64,000 bases of DNA from Chrysemys picta bellii. Taxonomy: Eukaryota. Where the stretch lies: contig NC_088802.1 in NCBI RefSeq assembly GCF_011386835.1, positions 56,978,001 to 57,042,000 of the forward strand, in the 5' to 3' direction. The position numbers and the translations under genes were made by a program. This document shows positions 23,001 to 35,794 of this stretch, piece by piece. The notes beneath the pieces were generated by a model that was not told where the DNA came from, searched no databases, and saw nothing but the letters and a program-made list of their open reading frames with translations. Each line of letters starts with the position of its first letter. The stretch's first letter is position 1.

Positions 23001-26000
23001 CCCCGAGAAATTAGCCTGGCCTGCATAAAAGGGGAGCAACTAGGAAAGGCCCTTGGGGGCAAGTGGGGTGCAATCAAGATGCTTTGGAGAAGGAGCCCTG
23101 GGGAACACCTTGGTCCAAAGGATTTTAGTCCCATGTTCTTTTCTTGGGTGGCGTTCAGCCCTCCTGTTAGGGGAGGGGGCTAAGTGGGCCACTGCATTTG
23201 CCTTTATTAAAGTGCTCTTCCATTGGTCGGTGCCTTATGTGAATGGGGCGAGTCCTCCCCAGTCTCCTGCTCTCACTGCAAGCAGCGCCTTGCTGGCCTG
23301 TTTCGTGTTGGCCCCTCACTCCACGGTATGCATGTCTCACCAGGACACAGCGGAGGGTGAGTATCACAAAGAGCCCCCACCACAGCCCATGCTTTCCCCT
23401 CTGTGCAGAGACAAGTGGAAGTGAACGTTCGCAATAAGATCTTGTACCTGATCCAGGCCTGGGCTCACGCCTTCCGCAACGAGCCCAAGTACAAGGTGGT
23501 GCAGGACACCTACCAGATCATGAAGGTGGAAGGTAAGGACTCAGTGGGGGAAAAGGGGCAGGTGAGTCTCCCATTGCGCTGACAGCCAAGCACAGAGGAT
23601 GAGCCATGGGAGGGCAGGGAGCAGGCAGCAGTGCCAGCCAGGTGTGGGAGAAGGGCTGGTACAGACGGGTTTACACACAGTGGCCTCCCTGCTACCTGAT
23701 GGACCTGTTGGGGTGACTTGAATCCAGTTCCTGTTGCAGAGCGGCCTCCACCAGATGGCTGCTTCACCCTGGCCCTGCAGCCCACTAGGAATGATGTGGT
23801 TTGGCAGAAGTCCCTGGAAGCCAGAGCTGGAATGTTCTCCTAGGAAACTTGCACATCCTCCTGGGAATGGCTCCGTTCCTGGGGTGGGCAGCTGAGAACT
23901 TGGATGTGTGTCTGGATTTCCCCAAAGTGCTGGGTGCATTGGAAGGCAGTGCCTGTGATTTTGGGCATTAACGCCACTGATTCTGCCTGGGATGAGTGGC
24001 TGTGAATCTGCGGGAGTCCCATCGTGGCAGGAAATGCCGCATTTCTCACCCTGATCTCAGGCTTCCAACATATGTTTTACCATAGGGCCCCAGTTGCCTA
24101 GTCTGAGTGTGTGTAGCCGGGGTTGTGCTCTGCATTCGGAGTAGACTTGAGCCAGACCTGGGAGCAGAGGGATGCCCTAGGATCTGATCACCGATGTACG
24201 GACACTTGCTCTCCCAGCTCCCCTGTGAGGCAGGTGATGTGGCTGAAGTTAAGTGATTGCTTAGAACTCCTGCACAGATGGCAAAGCAGGGACTAGAACC
24301 CAGGAGCCCTGCCTCTGTCCCCAGCTCTGAGCACTAGGCACCACTGCCTCCAGTCTGGTGGGATCCCACTTTACAATGAGATGTTGTTCCACTCTTCCTG
24401 CAGGTCATGTGTTCCCAGAATTCAAGGAGAGCGATGCCATGTTTGCTGCAGAAAGGGTGAGCTCCCCAGTCAGAGCGGTGGAGAGGAGCTCTGGCATTAC
24501 AGAGAGGGCTGCTGCTGTCATTTCTATCCGACCCTTCAACTGGTGGTCAAACAACATTAAATCCCAGAATCCCAAAGCGCCTTCCGTGTGTTGTACAACT
24601 GCCTGGATTCTATACACCTCACTGGAGCGCAGCCAGCCCTGGGGCGGGGGAGAGAGTTCAGGAAAGGAAGTGCAGAATCCCCTCTCCTCTGGACCTGCCC
24701 CTGCAGGGAGCCAATACCGAGCACGTAGGGATCAGTAATCCCACATGAGGGCAGCCTCCCAGTCCTGTGGCTTGCCAAGGGATCCTCCAGCAGCACAGTC
24801 TGCCCAGCACGCTAGGGCGTCACTGGCTCAGCACAGGGGCATCCGACCGTGACTCACTTCTGTGGCCAGTGGCTGCCGGAGCAGACTTGCACGGGAGAGG
24901 GCCTCCTGCTGCAGGGGTCTCCCCACTCCAGGGAATGGCCTGGCTTGGGCTAGCCAGTGGGAGCTCCAGGGTGGCAGCCCGAGAGGCCCTCTGGAGCCAG
25001 CGTCAGGGCTCTGGGTGCTGGGCCCTGGTCCTTTCCTTACGCAGGTTTCTGTGCTCTGTGGCAGGCTCCTGACTGGGTGGATGCTGAAGAGTGTCACCGA
25101 TGTCGAGTGCAGTTTGGGGTCGTGACCCGCAAGGTGGGTGCTGCTGCTTATTCCTCTTTAGTTCCCTTCCCTGCATGACACTGCTGGGGCCTTGGTCTCC
25201 TCCTCCCTTGTCCCGCAGTGTGGGCTTGGCTGGGAAGCTGAGCTTTAGGGGAAGGGGGCCAGCAAGCACCCTGTGCAATGGGCATGGAGGGGCATGACCT
25301 CGTCCCTCTCTTTGCAGCATCACTGCCGGGCCTGTGGGCAGATCTTCTGTGGAAAGTGCTCCTCCAAGTACTCCACCATCCCCAAGTTTGGCATTGAGAA
25401 GGAGGTGCGGGTGTGTGAGCCCTGCTATGAGCACCTCAACAAGTCAGTATCTCCAGGGGGTTCTGCACACCGCACTTGGGTTGGAGTGGCGGGGGCCGGC
25501 GGTGGGCATGGGGCTGGCCTTCTGGAGCAAGGAAGGGTCACCTCAGCCCTGTGTACTGGAGCCTTTCTGAGTCGGGTCCCCAGGGGCTGGGCAGCCTGGC
25601 AGGAGAGCTGCCCCTTTGGAGACCGGAGGGATTCAGGAGATGCCACTCAACGATGGGAGTGTACAGGTGACGCCAAGGCCTGGCTCTGCTGCCTCCATTG
25701 CCCCCATCCACTGACTGCTAGCTGGGAGCTGTGCTCCTGGTTGGGGCTGGGGTGGAGTAGGGCCATGGCCCTCGCTGGGGCTGGGGCAGCATGGGGCCAG
25801 GCAGGGCTCAGGAATGCTGCCTGTAGGCCCTGGTCTCTACTGTCACCTCTATCTGATTGTAGGAAAGCTGAGGGCAAAACTGCTGCCACCACTGAGCTGC
25901 CACCCGAGTACCTGACCAGCCCCCTTTCTCAGCAGTCCCAGGTAAGTGGCTGTCCTGCCTGCCAGGGGCGAGCTGGGCTGCAGGCAGGGGTAGCCCCAGC

Positions 26001-29000
26001 GGTTCCCTTCTCCTCCTGCTCACTGTCCCACTGAGCAGCCCCCTCTCCATCTGCAGCTGCCCCCGAAGCGTGATGAGACGGCCCTCCAGGAGGAGGAGGA
26101 GCTCCAGCTGGCCATCGCCCTCTCGCAGTCGGAGGCCGAGGAGAAGGAGAGGATGGTTTGTACCCAGCTCTAGGGCTGCGTGAGGGAGCACTGACTGGAT
26201 GCTCCCCAAGCCTCTGGCAGGTTACTGCTGTGGGCTTTGCACCAGCAGGTCCCCAGCCCTGGGCTGGACGGAGCCCTTCCCTGGTGCATAGTGGGTTGAG
26301 GGGGGTGCTGTGCTGCGCTGCAGGTCTAACCCCTCCCATGGATCTGGACTGAGGGTCTCTTTCACCAGGATAGTGAGGGCTGGTGCTGATCCTGCCTATG
26401 GGGCAGGGCCTGGCAGTTGTTAGCGGGGCAGGCCCCATGTAGACACTAGCAGCTTGTGCCTCCCAATGGCTAGTGAATGTGCAGTGGCCGGGCCTGGCCT
26501 GTGCAAGGTGCCTCACCCTCCAAGACAGGCTCGTCTCGTGTTGTTGAGCTGGACAGTTCTCAGGGCTGATCTTGTACTTCCCTCTGCAGAGACAGAAAAC
26601 GACCTACTCCGTGTACCCGAAGGCTGAGCCCACGCCTGTCACCTCGTCCGCACCTCCAGTCAGCACCCTCTACTCCTCCCCTGTGGTAAGTGCTCAGCCG
26701 CCCTGTTGGATCAGCGCCCCCAGCCCCAGATCTCTTTGCCAGGTCACCGGGGTAAAGCCTTGTTCGGCGGGAACTAAAGCCGTGAGAACATGGCGCTGTT
26801 CAGCCCCTTCCTGAAAACACTGCTGTGCTGGGGGCGCCCAGGAGACCCTGCTCTAAACACTGGGCGCGCTGTTCCTCTGTCGCATGGACAGGAAGCGAAC
26901 CACCACCTGGCCGAAGGAAGAAAAGTGCCCGCTGTCCCTCCCAGTTCTGCACTCCTGCTGTTGCCTGGCACTGGCTGGCAGGATATGCACAAGTCTGGGC
27001 AGGGTACCTGTCATAGCAGTGAGTTGTGTAGTGGGCTGCGGAGTCCCCATGTGTCTCTAAGATCTGACGTCCCCCCTCCTCTCTCTCTTTCTCCCCAGAA
27101 CTCCTCTGCTCCGCTGGCTGAGGACATCGACCCCGAGGTAAGGACACAGGCCCTTCTGGCGCACAGCGTAGGCTGGTTCCCAGTCAGGCTTTGGCGCTGA
27201 TCTTCTACCTCTGCTTTTCCCGGCAGCTGGCTCGGTACCTGAACCGTAACTACTGGGAGAAGAAGCAGGAGGAGGTTCGCAAGAGCCCCACTCCGTCTGC
27301 TCCACTGTCGCTCTCCGAGCCAGCTGCCCAGCCTGGGGAAGCTCATCCCATCCCTCTCGGTGTCGTGGAGGTAAGATAGGGGCCCGGTCTCACACCCATC
27401 TCTCTGAGGTCTGGCGGGGTCGGTTTGAATCAGTGCTCCCTGGGAATTGCCTGACACCAGCCTCGCCCCGGTGGTAAAGCACAAGTCCGGCTCCGGTCTC
27501 GGTGTGGGTTGTGGATCCCCACTCCCGAGAGCCTGGGGCTCAGGGGCTCACTGTGCTGCCCTGTGTCTCCAGCAGCAGTACCAGAATGGGGAGTCCGAGG
27601 AGAACCACGAGCAGTTCCTGAAGGCTCTGCAGAATGCCGTCACCACCTTCGTCAACCGTATGAAGAGCAACCACATGCGGGGCCGCAGCATCACCAACGA
27701 CTCAGCCGTGCTCTCCCTCTTCCAGTCCATCAACAACATGCATCCCCAGCTGCTGGAGTTGCTCAACCAGCTGGATGAGCGCAGGCGTAGGTGGCTTCGG
27801 CTCCATTCCCCGGGGCAGGACACGACTGCTCCCTGCCAATGGCTTGGGAGCAGCTCTCTGGGACTGTGCGGAGACGGCCTGGGGGGTCTCTGTGGAGGGG
27901 CGTACCCCATCTCAGGGCTGGCTGGGGGCCACCTGCTCTATCTGGAGGCAGCTAGTGCTCAGGGCTGGGTGAGCTCAGCAGATAGCAGGCCTGGATGCTG
28001 CCTTGCCCTGCAGGAGCCTGATGCTGCGTTTCTCTCCCCAGTGTACTATGAGGGCCTGCAGGACAAGCTGGCGCAGATCCGGGATGCTCGCGGAGCCCTG
28101 AATGCTCTGCGGGACGAGCACCGCGAGAAGCTGCGCCGGGCGGCCGAGGAGGCAGAGCGCCAGCGCCAAATCCAGTTGGCACAGAAGTTGGAGATCATGA
28201 GACAGAAGAAGCAGGTGAGACAGGGAAGCCTTTTCCAGGTGCCTCATAGAGGGCAGGTGTCGTGCCAGGGCCATTCCCAGGGCTTGCTGGTGGCCCTGGC
28301 AGCTGTTCCAGCTTGTGCCCTGGGCTGGGCTGGGCTGCTGTTGGGGGGCTGGAGGCAGCACTAGTCTGTGGAGCGGGTGGAGTCTCTGGGGCTGGCCTTG
28401 GTGTCTGAGCTGCATGGCCAGGCTCCTGATGTGTGTGGTGGTGCCGCTCCCTGCAGGAGTACCTGGAGATGCAGCGGCAGTTGGCCATCCAGCGGCTGCA
28501 GGAGCAGGAAAAGGAGAGGCAGATGCGCCTGGAGCAGCAAAAGCAGACCATCCAGATGAGAGCCCAGATGCCAGCTTTCTCTCTGCCCTATGCCCAGGTA
28601 CAGCGGCCATGCCAGGGAGCCCTCCCATGAGCACTCACCCCAGAACTCTCCCCTTCCTTCACGCCCTCTCCTTTTTGCAGCTCCAGGCCATGCCAGCAGC
28701 AGGAGGGGTGATCTACCAGCCATCCGGTCCCACCAGCTTCCCAGGCACCTTCAGCCCCGCAGGCTCGGTGGAGGGCTCTCCCATGCACAGTGTGTACATG
28801 AACCAGCCAGCTCCCGGCAGCGCTGGTCCCTATGCACCGATGCCTGTGGCAGGGGCAGGTGAGAGCCTGGGCCAAGCAGAGGTAGGCAGGGCTGGAATGC
28901 AGCAGCATCCCCTCACTGTGCCCTCTCTGCTCCAGATCCCAACATGGTGAATGCCTACGTGTACCAGGCAGGAGCAGGAGGCGGGCAGGCAGCGCCGCAA

Positions 29001-30307
29001 GGGCAGGTGGTTCCCACCACCAACCCAGCCTACTCCTCGTATCAGCCGACTCCGACGCAGGGCTACCAGGCAAGTGAGCAGAGCGCTGGGTCCCCCTTGC
29101 CCGCAGTGTGTCGGACTCGTGGTAAATCTGCAGCGGGTGGCACAGGATGTCCCCTCCCAGGCCCTTGGGATCCCCTGCTGCACAGTGGGGGTGGGGATCG
29201 GTCCCAGATTGCTGGGTCTCCCCTGGTGTCCCCTGTGGGATGGGTGGAGCCAGCTGCTCCCTGGACCCTGAGGGTGTTGGGGGAGAGCTGTGTGGCTGCT
29301 TGGAGTGCCCCAGGCTCACCCTGTGCTCTTCCCCATAGAACGCCGGCTCCCAGTCACAGAGCATCCCTGCCATCTCGCAGGCCCCCCAGTCTGGCACCAT
29401 GGGCTACATGGGGAGCCAGTCTGTCTCCATGGGGTACCAGCCCTACAACATGCAGGTGAGCACCCCCCAAGGGTGAACGGCTCGGTGCCCTCTTGCAACC
29501 TGGCTTGGGGATGGGTGTTGGTTGCTGTGGAGACTGCTCACCAGCCAGGGAGTGAGGGTAAAGGGGGCCCCTGCTGGGGGAAGGGTGATAGGGCTGCATT
29601 TTCTGTATCCCCTTTACCCGTGTAGGAGACCTACCCTGGCCCTTCACTGTTGCTGTTCTGGACCCCAGGTCCCTGGCAGCGTGAGCCCACTGGGCCTGGC
29701 TGGGAGCTCGGCGGCCTTTGCCCCCTCGGTAAGGGGCAGAGGTCTGGCGGCTGGTCTGATTGCTCTCCCCTGCCCCCGCTCTAGGGCCTCATGTCGACCC
29801 TTCCTGGGCAGGAGCCGGCTCTGAGCAGCCTGCCACCCCAGCAGACTTACCTCTCGGGACAGCAGCCCATGTATCAGCAGGTGAGTCTGCCAGCCCTGCA
29901 CGAACCCAGTGTCTCCTCGTCACCCTCACTTCAGCTCCCTCCCCAGGCGGTTGGTCACCAACTGCCCTGATACCCCCCCCCCCCAGCACCCTTATCGCCA
30001 GGAGCCTTGGCTGTGGCCCTGCCTCCCCCACGTAGGGCGCTGAGACCTCCAGATCCAGGTGTATTCACCTGGGGGTTGGGCATGGGTGGGAGTGACCAGC
30101 TGCAGCCCTGTGCCACCTCCAGCAGCCCTCTGGGTAAGGTTTGGGGGAGTGGGGTGCCAAGCAAGAACTGCCTCTTAACAAAGAGTTTGTCTGTTCCAGA
30201 TGCCCCCCCCTGCAGGGCCCCCCCAGCAGCAGCAGCCTCAGCAGGCCCCGTCGCAGGTACAGCAGGCCCAGGGCAGTGGCGAGGCCCAGCTCATCTCATT
30301 CGACTGA
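17076..30307 (+). CDS. HGS: Hepatocyte growth factor-regulated tyrosine kinase substrate (ESCRT-0)
   Basis: Exons 17076-17112, 19577-19661, 20070-20145, 20808-20900, 23409-23532, 24404-24456, 25065-25133, 25318-25442, 25863-25941, 26057-26155, 26590-26685, 27099-27137, 27227-27370, 27573-27786, 28042-28214, 28457-28597, 28681-28858, 28936-29069, 29339-29455, 29785-29880, 30200-30307 total 2280 nt (759 aa). VHS (MGRGGGTFERLL), FYVE (RKHHCRACG), UIM (EEEELQLAIALS), PSAP, terminal clathrin box LISFD*. Confidence 0.98.
17530..18446 (+). mobile_element. 5'-truncated CR1 LINE in HGS intron 1
   Basis: [26 protein letters not shown]...[11 protein letters not shown] with frameshifts. 3' UTR very similar to 8590-8790. 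Ends ttcttatg. Confidence 0.95.
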
Positions 30308-31111
30308 TCTCGGCGAGGGGGGCTGCCCAGTGTAACACTATTGTCTGCAGGAGTCACTTATGTACTTAACTAGCCATTTCTGTCTCTTCCCCACCCCCTT
30401 CCCTGTGGAACGGCCCTGCTCAAGGTGGGGTGGGACCCTGGGGCCCCACCAGCTGGCATGCACCCTCCTGGCCTGGCAGGGACCTCCCTGCTGCTCTGGC
30501 TCCCTGAGGCTTTTTCCCTGCCCTGTCCTCACCTGGCTGAAATGTGTCATGGTTGCTGGAAGTTGTGAACCTCCCCACCCCCACCAACAGGTGAAGAACG
30601 AGTGGGCGCTTGGCCCTTCAGGAAGAGACTTCCGCAAGGCAGAGGCTGCAGCCTGGCTGCTGGGCTTCCCCCCAGGGCTGTGTGGGCAGGATGGTGACTG
30701 AGAGTCAGCCCTGAGAAGAGCTCCAGGAACGTGAGCACTAATGGCACAGGCCAGGGACTCCCTTCCCTGCTCTGCAGCAGGCGAGAGACTTAAACATGCC
30801 CTAAGCTTGCTGCTGTCCTGACCCTAGAACAAATGGGGCAAGGAGCTCTGAGCAGAGCTGCCCCTGTGCACAGAGCACAGCCTCTGTCACTATCCCTCTC
30901 TGCAGCGTGCACCATGGCTGGCTCTTCTGCCCCAGGAGGAGCTGAGCCCCTCACCACAACCCTGATCCCGTGTCCCTCCATGGGAGCCTGGCCCTGCCGC
31001 ATGCCCTATGCCCATATCCTCCACCCCTCCTTGGGAGCCTGGGCCCTCCCTGCTTTCTGAACACTCATCTCTCATACGTAGTGGTGGAGTAGCCGGAATG
31101 GAAACAGTGAC

Positions 31112-31117
31112 AATAAA
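31112..31117 (+). terminator. Probable HGS polyadenylation signal
   Basis: AATAAA about 800 nt after the HGS stop, followed by T/G-containing sequence. Confidence 0.7.
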
Positions 31118-31466
31118 ATGTATTTAAAGAGCTGTTGCTCTGGGCCTGGTGCTGGCTCTGCCCTAGGGCCTAAGCGGGCCCTGGTGCTGCTGTTCCTGCG
31201 AGAGCAGGGCCATTGCAGAGGGGTTTGGTGGAAGGCTTGCTGGCCGGCAGTGAAGCAGGGCTGTAACGTGCTCCACTGTTGATGCCCTCGGTGCCAAGCA
31301 AAGAGCAGACAGGGTCAGCCTGAAGGGAAGGAGGATCCTAGCCTGGGACTCTCGCTCTGCAGGGGCTTGGATGCACTGCTCACCACTCCTAGGCCGCTGG
31401 CCTCAGTGCAGGCCCCAGGGAGCAGCTACTCTCAGCCCACGGCAGAGACGGATTAATTTAAAAGCA

Positions 31467-31472
31467 TTTATT
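31467..31472 (-). terminator. Probable polyadenylation signal of the METTL26-like gene
   Basis: tttatt on plus (AATAAA on minus) about 65 nt after its stop codon. Confidence 0.7.
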
Positions 31473-31537
31473 CTTGGGTGTCCGTATCCCATGGGCTTCA
31501 GGCAGCCATGCTCAAACATCCTGCAGCCCAGCTGGGC

Positions 31538-34500
31538 CTACGCCATCTCCAGCTCCCTCCTCCGAAAAATCAGGCATTTGGTGTATTCTGGCATTTCCAG
31601 CTGGCAATGAGGAAAACAGGCATTAAGGTGCAGAACAACCAGCTTCTAAAGGGCTTTAGAGCAGTGACCAAGGCCTCCAGGCGTGAGCTGCGGGGCTGGA
31701 GTAGAGCTGTGTGTGTGGAGGGGGGCTAAAGTGCAGTGGGCTGGGTGTGGGGCCTGGGGGCCGCTGCAGCGCTGTGGCTGGAGAAAGTTTGCCATTGCCT
31801 GCTCATGCTGCCAGCCCCTCATTTTCATAGCAACTAACATTCAGTAGCTTCTAGGCTCCCTGCAGCTTAGCCCAAAGCCTTGAAACCTGCCTGTTTCCCA
31901 CACCACACTGAACCTTACCATGCGCTCGAGGCGCAGTGCGTTGGGGGTGGCCAGCTGCCGCAGCTCCTCCACATCCCGCAGCCCCCAGGCTGGATTCCTG
32001 CCAGTCAAAAAAACAACAGAAGGCTGGAGAGGCACAGAGCAGCGTGCCGGGCTCTGGGGTGGATATAGCTGCCCTGGACTTTCCAAGGGGTGGGGCTGGG
32101 CTCATCCCCAGCTGCTGCCCGGTGATGAGCTCCAGCCCGCCCCAGATGCTGCCTGGGGAAGAGCCTCCCGCAGAGCACAGCCTGTGCCTGTAAGTGGGAG
32201 CCTGTCCTGGGGAAGCTGCCACAGGTGACTTGTGCTCTCCCAGGTGGGGGAGACAGTTGCACCCGGGAACAGGCTGTGATGTGTCCAGTCTAGAGCCCAT
32301 CGCCTGTGGGCTGGATGCAGATTTGGCCCCTTCAGGGCTTCCACAGGGCAAGCCAGCCCCTAACTACCAGAATTGCTGGAGCCCCTGGGAAGAATTCAGC
32401 CCCTGGGGCACACCTCACCTCTCCTGGAGCTTCTCCTCCAGCTCCACGTTGCACTCAGGGCTGATGATCCCATTGATGGCAAAGGGCTGTGGGCACAAAG
32501 TGCAGTCAGAGTCACTCCTTGCCCTTCCCAGTCCCACTTCTGTGCCCTGAGGAGGTGGTGGCAGAAGCTGATGGGTGTTTAACCCCTAGGCTTTATTTGA
32601 TTTCAAGCCTCTCCCATGGGGTCTGGACATGGCATTGCTAGGTCCAGCAGGCAGGGCCACAGGAGGGGTAAGATGTAATACGCTGTGAGCTAAGACAGTA
32701 GCAGCCGGTGCCTGCCCCCTCGCTGGAGGAGCTGGGCAGAGCTCTGGGGACCCGCATCCCCGTATTTTGCTCAGCAGATTGCACAGCCTGTCCTGTGGGG
32801 GGGGGGGGGGGAAACACAGGCTCCTGGAGACCGTGCAGGGGGCCCAAGACCGCTCTGGTGGTTCACAAAGGGGCCTTGGGCTTCAGATTCCTGGGAAGAC
32901 CTAATATCCTCCTGCTGCTTCGGCGGGGAGGTGGGAGGGGGCAGAGGTTGTTGGTTGAGATTCTATTCTTCATACTTACCCCGTAGATCAGGCAAACTCC
33001 CCCGGGCTTCAGCAGCTGGCCCACACCCTGGAAGAGTACCTGCAACGCAAAGGCAGGATGTCATCCAGGTGGGCACTGGGAGGGGGGGAGGGTGAGCCCA
33101 GGCCAGGGCCTGCCCCATATCCCAGTAGGAGCAGGACAAGGTGCCAGCCCTGCTCCTCCCGAGCAATAATCCCTTGGGGCGGTGCGGGGTGCAGGCCTGA
33201 AAGGGCCACAGGCTCCTTCCGCCAGTGGGAGGAAGGATGTCTTTCTCACAAGGGTTGCTTGTTGTGGCGCCCCCATGTTCCCTGCAGGGCTCAGTTTGTC
33301 CACACATGCACACCTCCAGGCCTTGGGCAAGGAAGTGCAGCAGGTTGATGATGACGATGACATTGCAGCAGCCCTGGCTCAAGCCTGCCCACTGGTCCCA
33401 GGGCTGAGAAACGTCAATGGCCAGTGGCTTCTTCACGTTCTGCACCTTGGTGGCTCTGATGTAGGCAGAGATGCTGGAGGAAGAGAGACAGGTAAACCGG
33501 GAGAGGCTGCTGGTGTCTGCCTGGTGGTGCTGCACTGCACCCAGACAGAGGCTGCTGCCTGCTCTCATAATGGGGGATGCTGCAGGAGCTGCCCTGAGGT
33601 GCCAGGCTGGGATCCATTTAGCTACTGCCAGGGCCACAGTACTGCCAGCATCACCCTGCAGCGCAGGCAGTGGCTGTCTTGCCGACTCCAGGGGGGGAAG
33701 AGGTGCATTCAGCTAGACCAGGGGTAGGCAACCTATGGCACGTGTGCCAAAGGCGGCACGCAAGCTGATTTTCAGTGGCACTCACGCTGCCTGGTCCTGG
33801 CCACCGGGCCGGGGGGTTCTGCATTTTAATTTAATTTTAAATGAAGCTTCTTAAACATTTTAAAAACCTTATTTACTTCACATACAACAATAGTTTGGTT
33901 CTATATTATAGACTTATAGAAAAAGACCTTCTAAAAACATTAAAATGTATGACTGGCACGCGAAACCTTAAATTAGAGTGAATAAATGAAGACTCAGCAC
34001 AGCACTTCTGAAAGGTTGCCGACCCCTGAGCTAGACCCTTCCCCCTCCATTAAAAGCCAGAACAGGCAGGAAGTGAGGCCTTGTAGGGGATGCATCTGGC
34101 TGCTCTCACCCAGATCATGGGCAAACACCATCTCTCTCCCTGTTGTGCTGTAAGCACTGATGCCTGGACCAAGACGTACCCAGCATGGCAGCTGCCTCTA
34201 AGGGAGTGCAAGAGGAGGGATAGGGCTGCAGGAGAATTGCAAGTGAGGTGGGCCATGCAGCCTAAGCCCCCCAGCTCTACAGCTGTGTCTCCTTGCCCTT
34301 GGAATTTGTCCTGTGCTGGGGCCACTATAAGTGTCATCCCAATGAAAGCTGTTACAAGCCCATGGGGGTGGGAGTCACTGCAAGATGGCATGTTCCCCTC
34401 CCCCTCCCCGATGCAGGTGTTATATGTTCTGATTAGCCTAAGCCTGAACAGCCTAGAAGGACTTGGCAGGGTTTGCGCAATTTCCAAAGGCAAAGTGAGC

Positions 34501-35037
34501 ACAATCCCCTGCTGAACACTGACAGACTCCTGTTGTCACTGCCTGAAGTGGCAGTGTTTGAGAGCTGGGGCCTACCCCTCCTGTGGGCTGGGGAAGGGAG
34601 CTGGCAATGCTGTGGGAACAGCAGGTCAGGGCACTTTCTGCTCCTCATTACAGACTCCCCACTGTGTCCGTGATTGGAGCTGTAAGCAGCCCCACCACCA
34701 TGGGAGTGAAATCCTCAACTCCCCAAATCCTTCCCCGTGGGAAGCTGTCAGCAGCCAGGATGGGGACACGAGCAGCTTTCATGCTGTGGGTGCTGTCCCT
34801 GCCTCTGCCCAGGGCTCCTGGAAGGACCAGACACAAGACGTACCTCTCATGGGCAGACGGGCTGATTTCTGAAGGCTGCCAGGTGACATTAGGCAGGGCT
34901 TGGGCAAAATGCACCACATGTTGCCCAGTCCCAGAGGCCAGCTCCAGCCCAAAGGCTTGGCTTGTATTATCCACGTAGTCAGCCAGTACCTCCAGGATCA
35001 GCTCCTTATTCCTCTCTGCCATGGGAGACACCAGCAT
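31538..35037 (-). CDS. METTL26-like: Methyltransferase-like 26 family protein (probable paralog of human METTL26)
   Basis: Exons 35037-34844, 33473-33314, 33039-32980, 32486-32419, 31997-31919, 31600-31538 total 624 nt (207 aa), all GT-AG. MLVSPMAERNKELIL, SAM motif LELASGTGQH, YGPFAING, RNPAWGLRD, MPEYTKCLIFRR align with METTL26 as recalled. Confidence 0.93.
33719..34028. mobile_element. hAT (Charlie-like) MITE
   Basis: Inverted ends caggggtaggcaacct / aggttgccgacccctg (15/16). Perfect 8-bp target duplication AGCTAGAC. Confidence 0.92.
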
Positions 35038-35099
35038 CTTCTGCCACTGACCACAGGGCTTGAGGCTGCCACTAGAATGGTGCTGCCTGGATTTCTGCT

Positions 35100-35794
35100 C
35101 CTGCCTGACAGGGCTGGCTCTCCTCACAGATGGCCCAGCCTAGATTTATTAAGGCAAAGAAGATTACTGAGTGACGCTTGTCCCCGGGAGAGACGCTTAG
35201 GTGGGGCGGACAAACGGGGGAAAGGCCCGTGTGGTTCCTCCAGCCACGGGAGGCCGGCAGGGTGTCGAGGCCCTAGAATACAGCCACGGTTCAGGGCCTC
35301 AGCGTGTCTCTTCGGCCCCGGCCAGGCGGCTGGGAATGCTGCCCAAGGCAGCGTGACCCCAGGCACAGCCCCGAGCCCGAGGGCAGGGCCCGCACCCCAC
35401 GCCTGCCTGGGCCTCATTCCCCACAGAGCCCCAGGTCACACAGCAGGGCATGGAACCCAGGCGTCCTGGCCCCGCCCCTCGCACAGGCCCCGCCCCTCTC
35501 TGCGCCTCCCAAAGGCCAAGTTGCCCTTGTTGCGGAAGCGGTGCATGCTGGGCTCGGAGGATTTAGCGCCCGCTGGCGGGTGACCTGCCTGAGCCATAGA
35601 GACGTGGGAGGCGGAGGCTAGACTGTCACCCTTTGCCAGTGACATGGCCTGGGCAGGGCTAGAGCGCCCCGGCGACCATAGAGACTGGGGAGCAGAGCGC
35701 CGCCACCGCGTCCTTCGCCTGCTGCAGCCCGCCTCCGAGGCCGGGCGTCTCCTTCCTGCTGCCGGGACCCAGCGTGCTCCGTGCCGGCGCCGCC
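35100..35794. promoter_or_regulatory. Divergent CpG-island promoter METTL26-like/MRPL12
   Basis: CpG-rich interval between divergent ATGs (35037 and 35795). CGGAAG at 35533-35538, CTCF-like tagcgcccgctggcgg at about 35564-35579. Confidence 0.65.
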
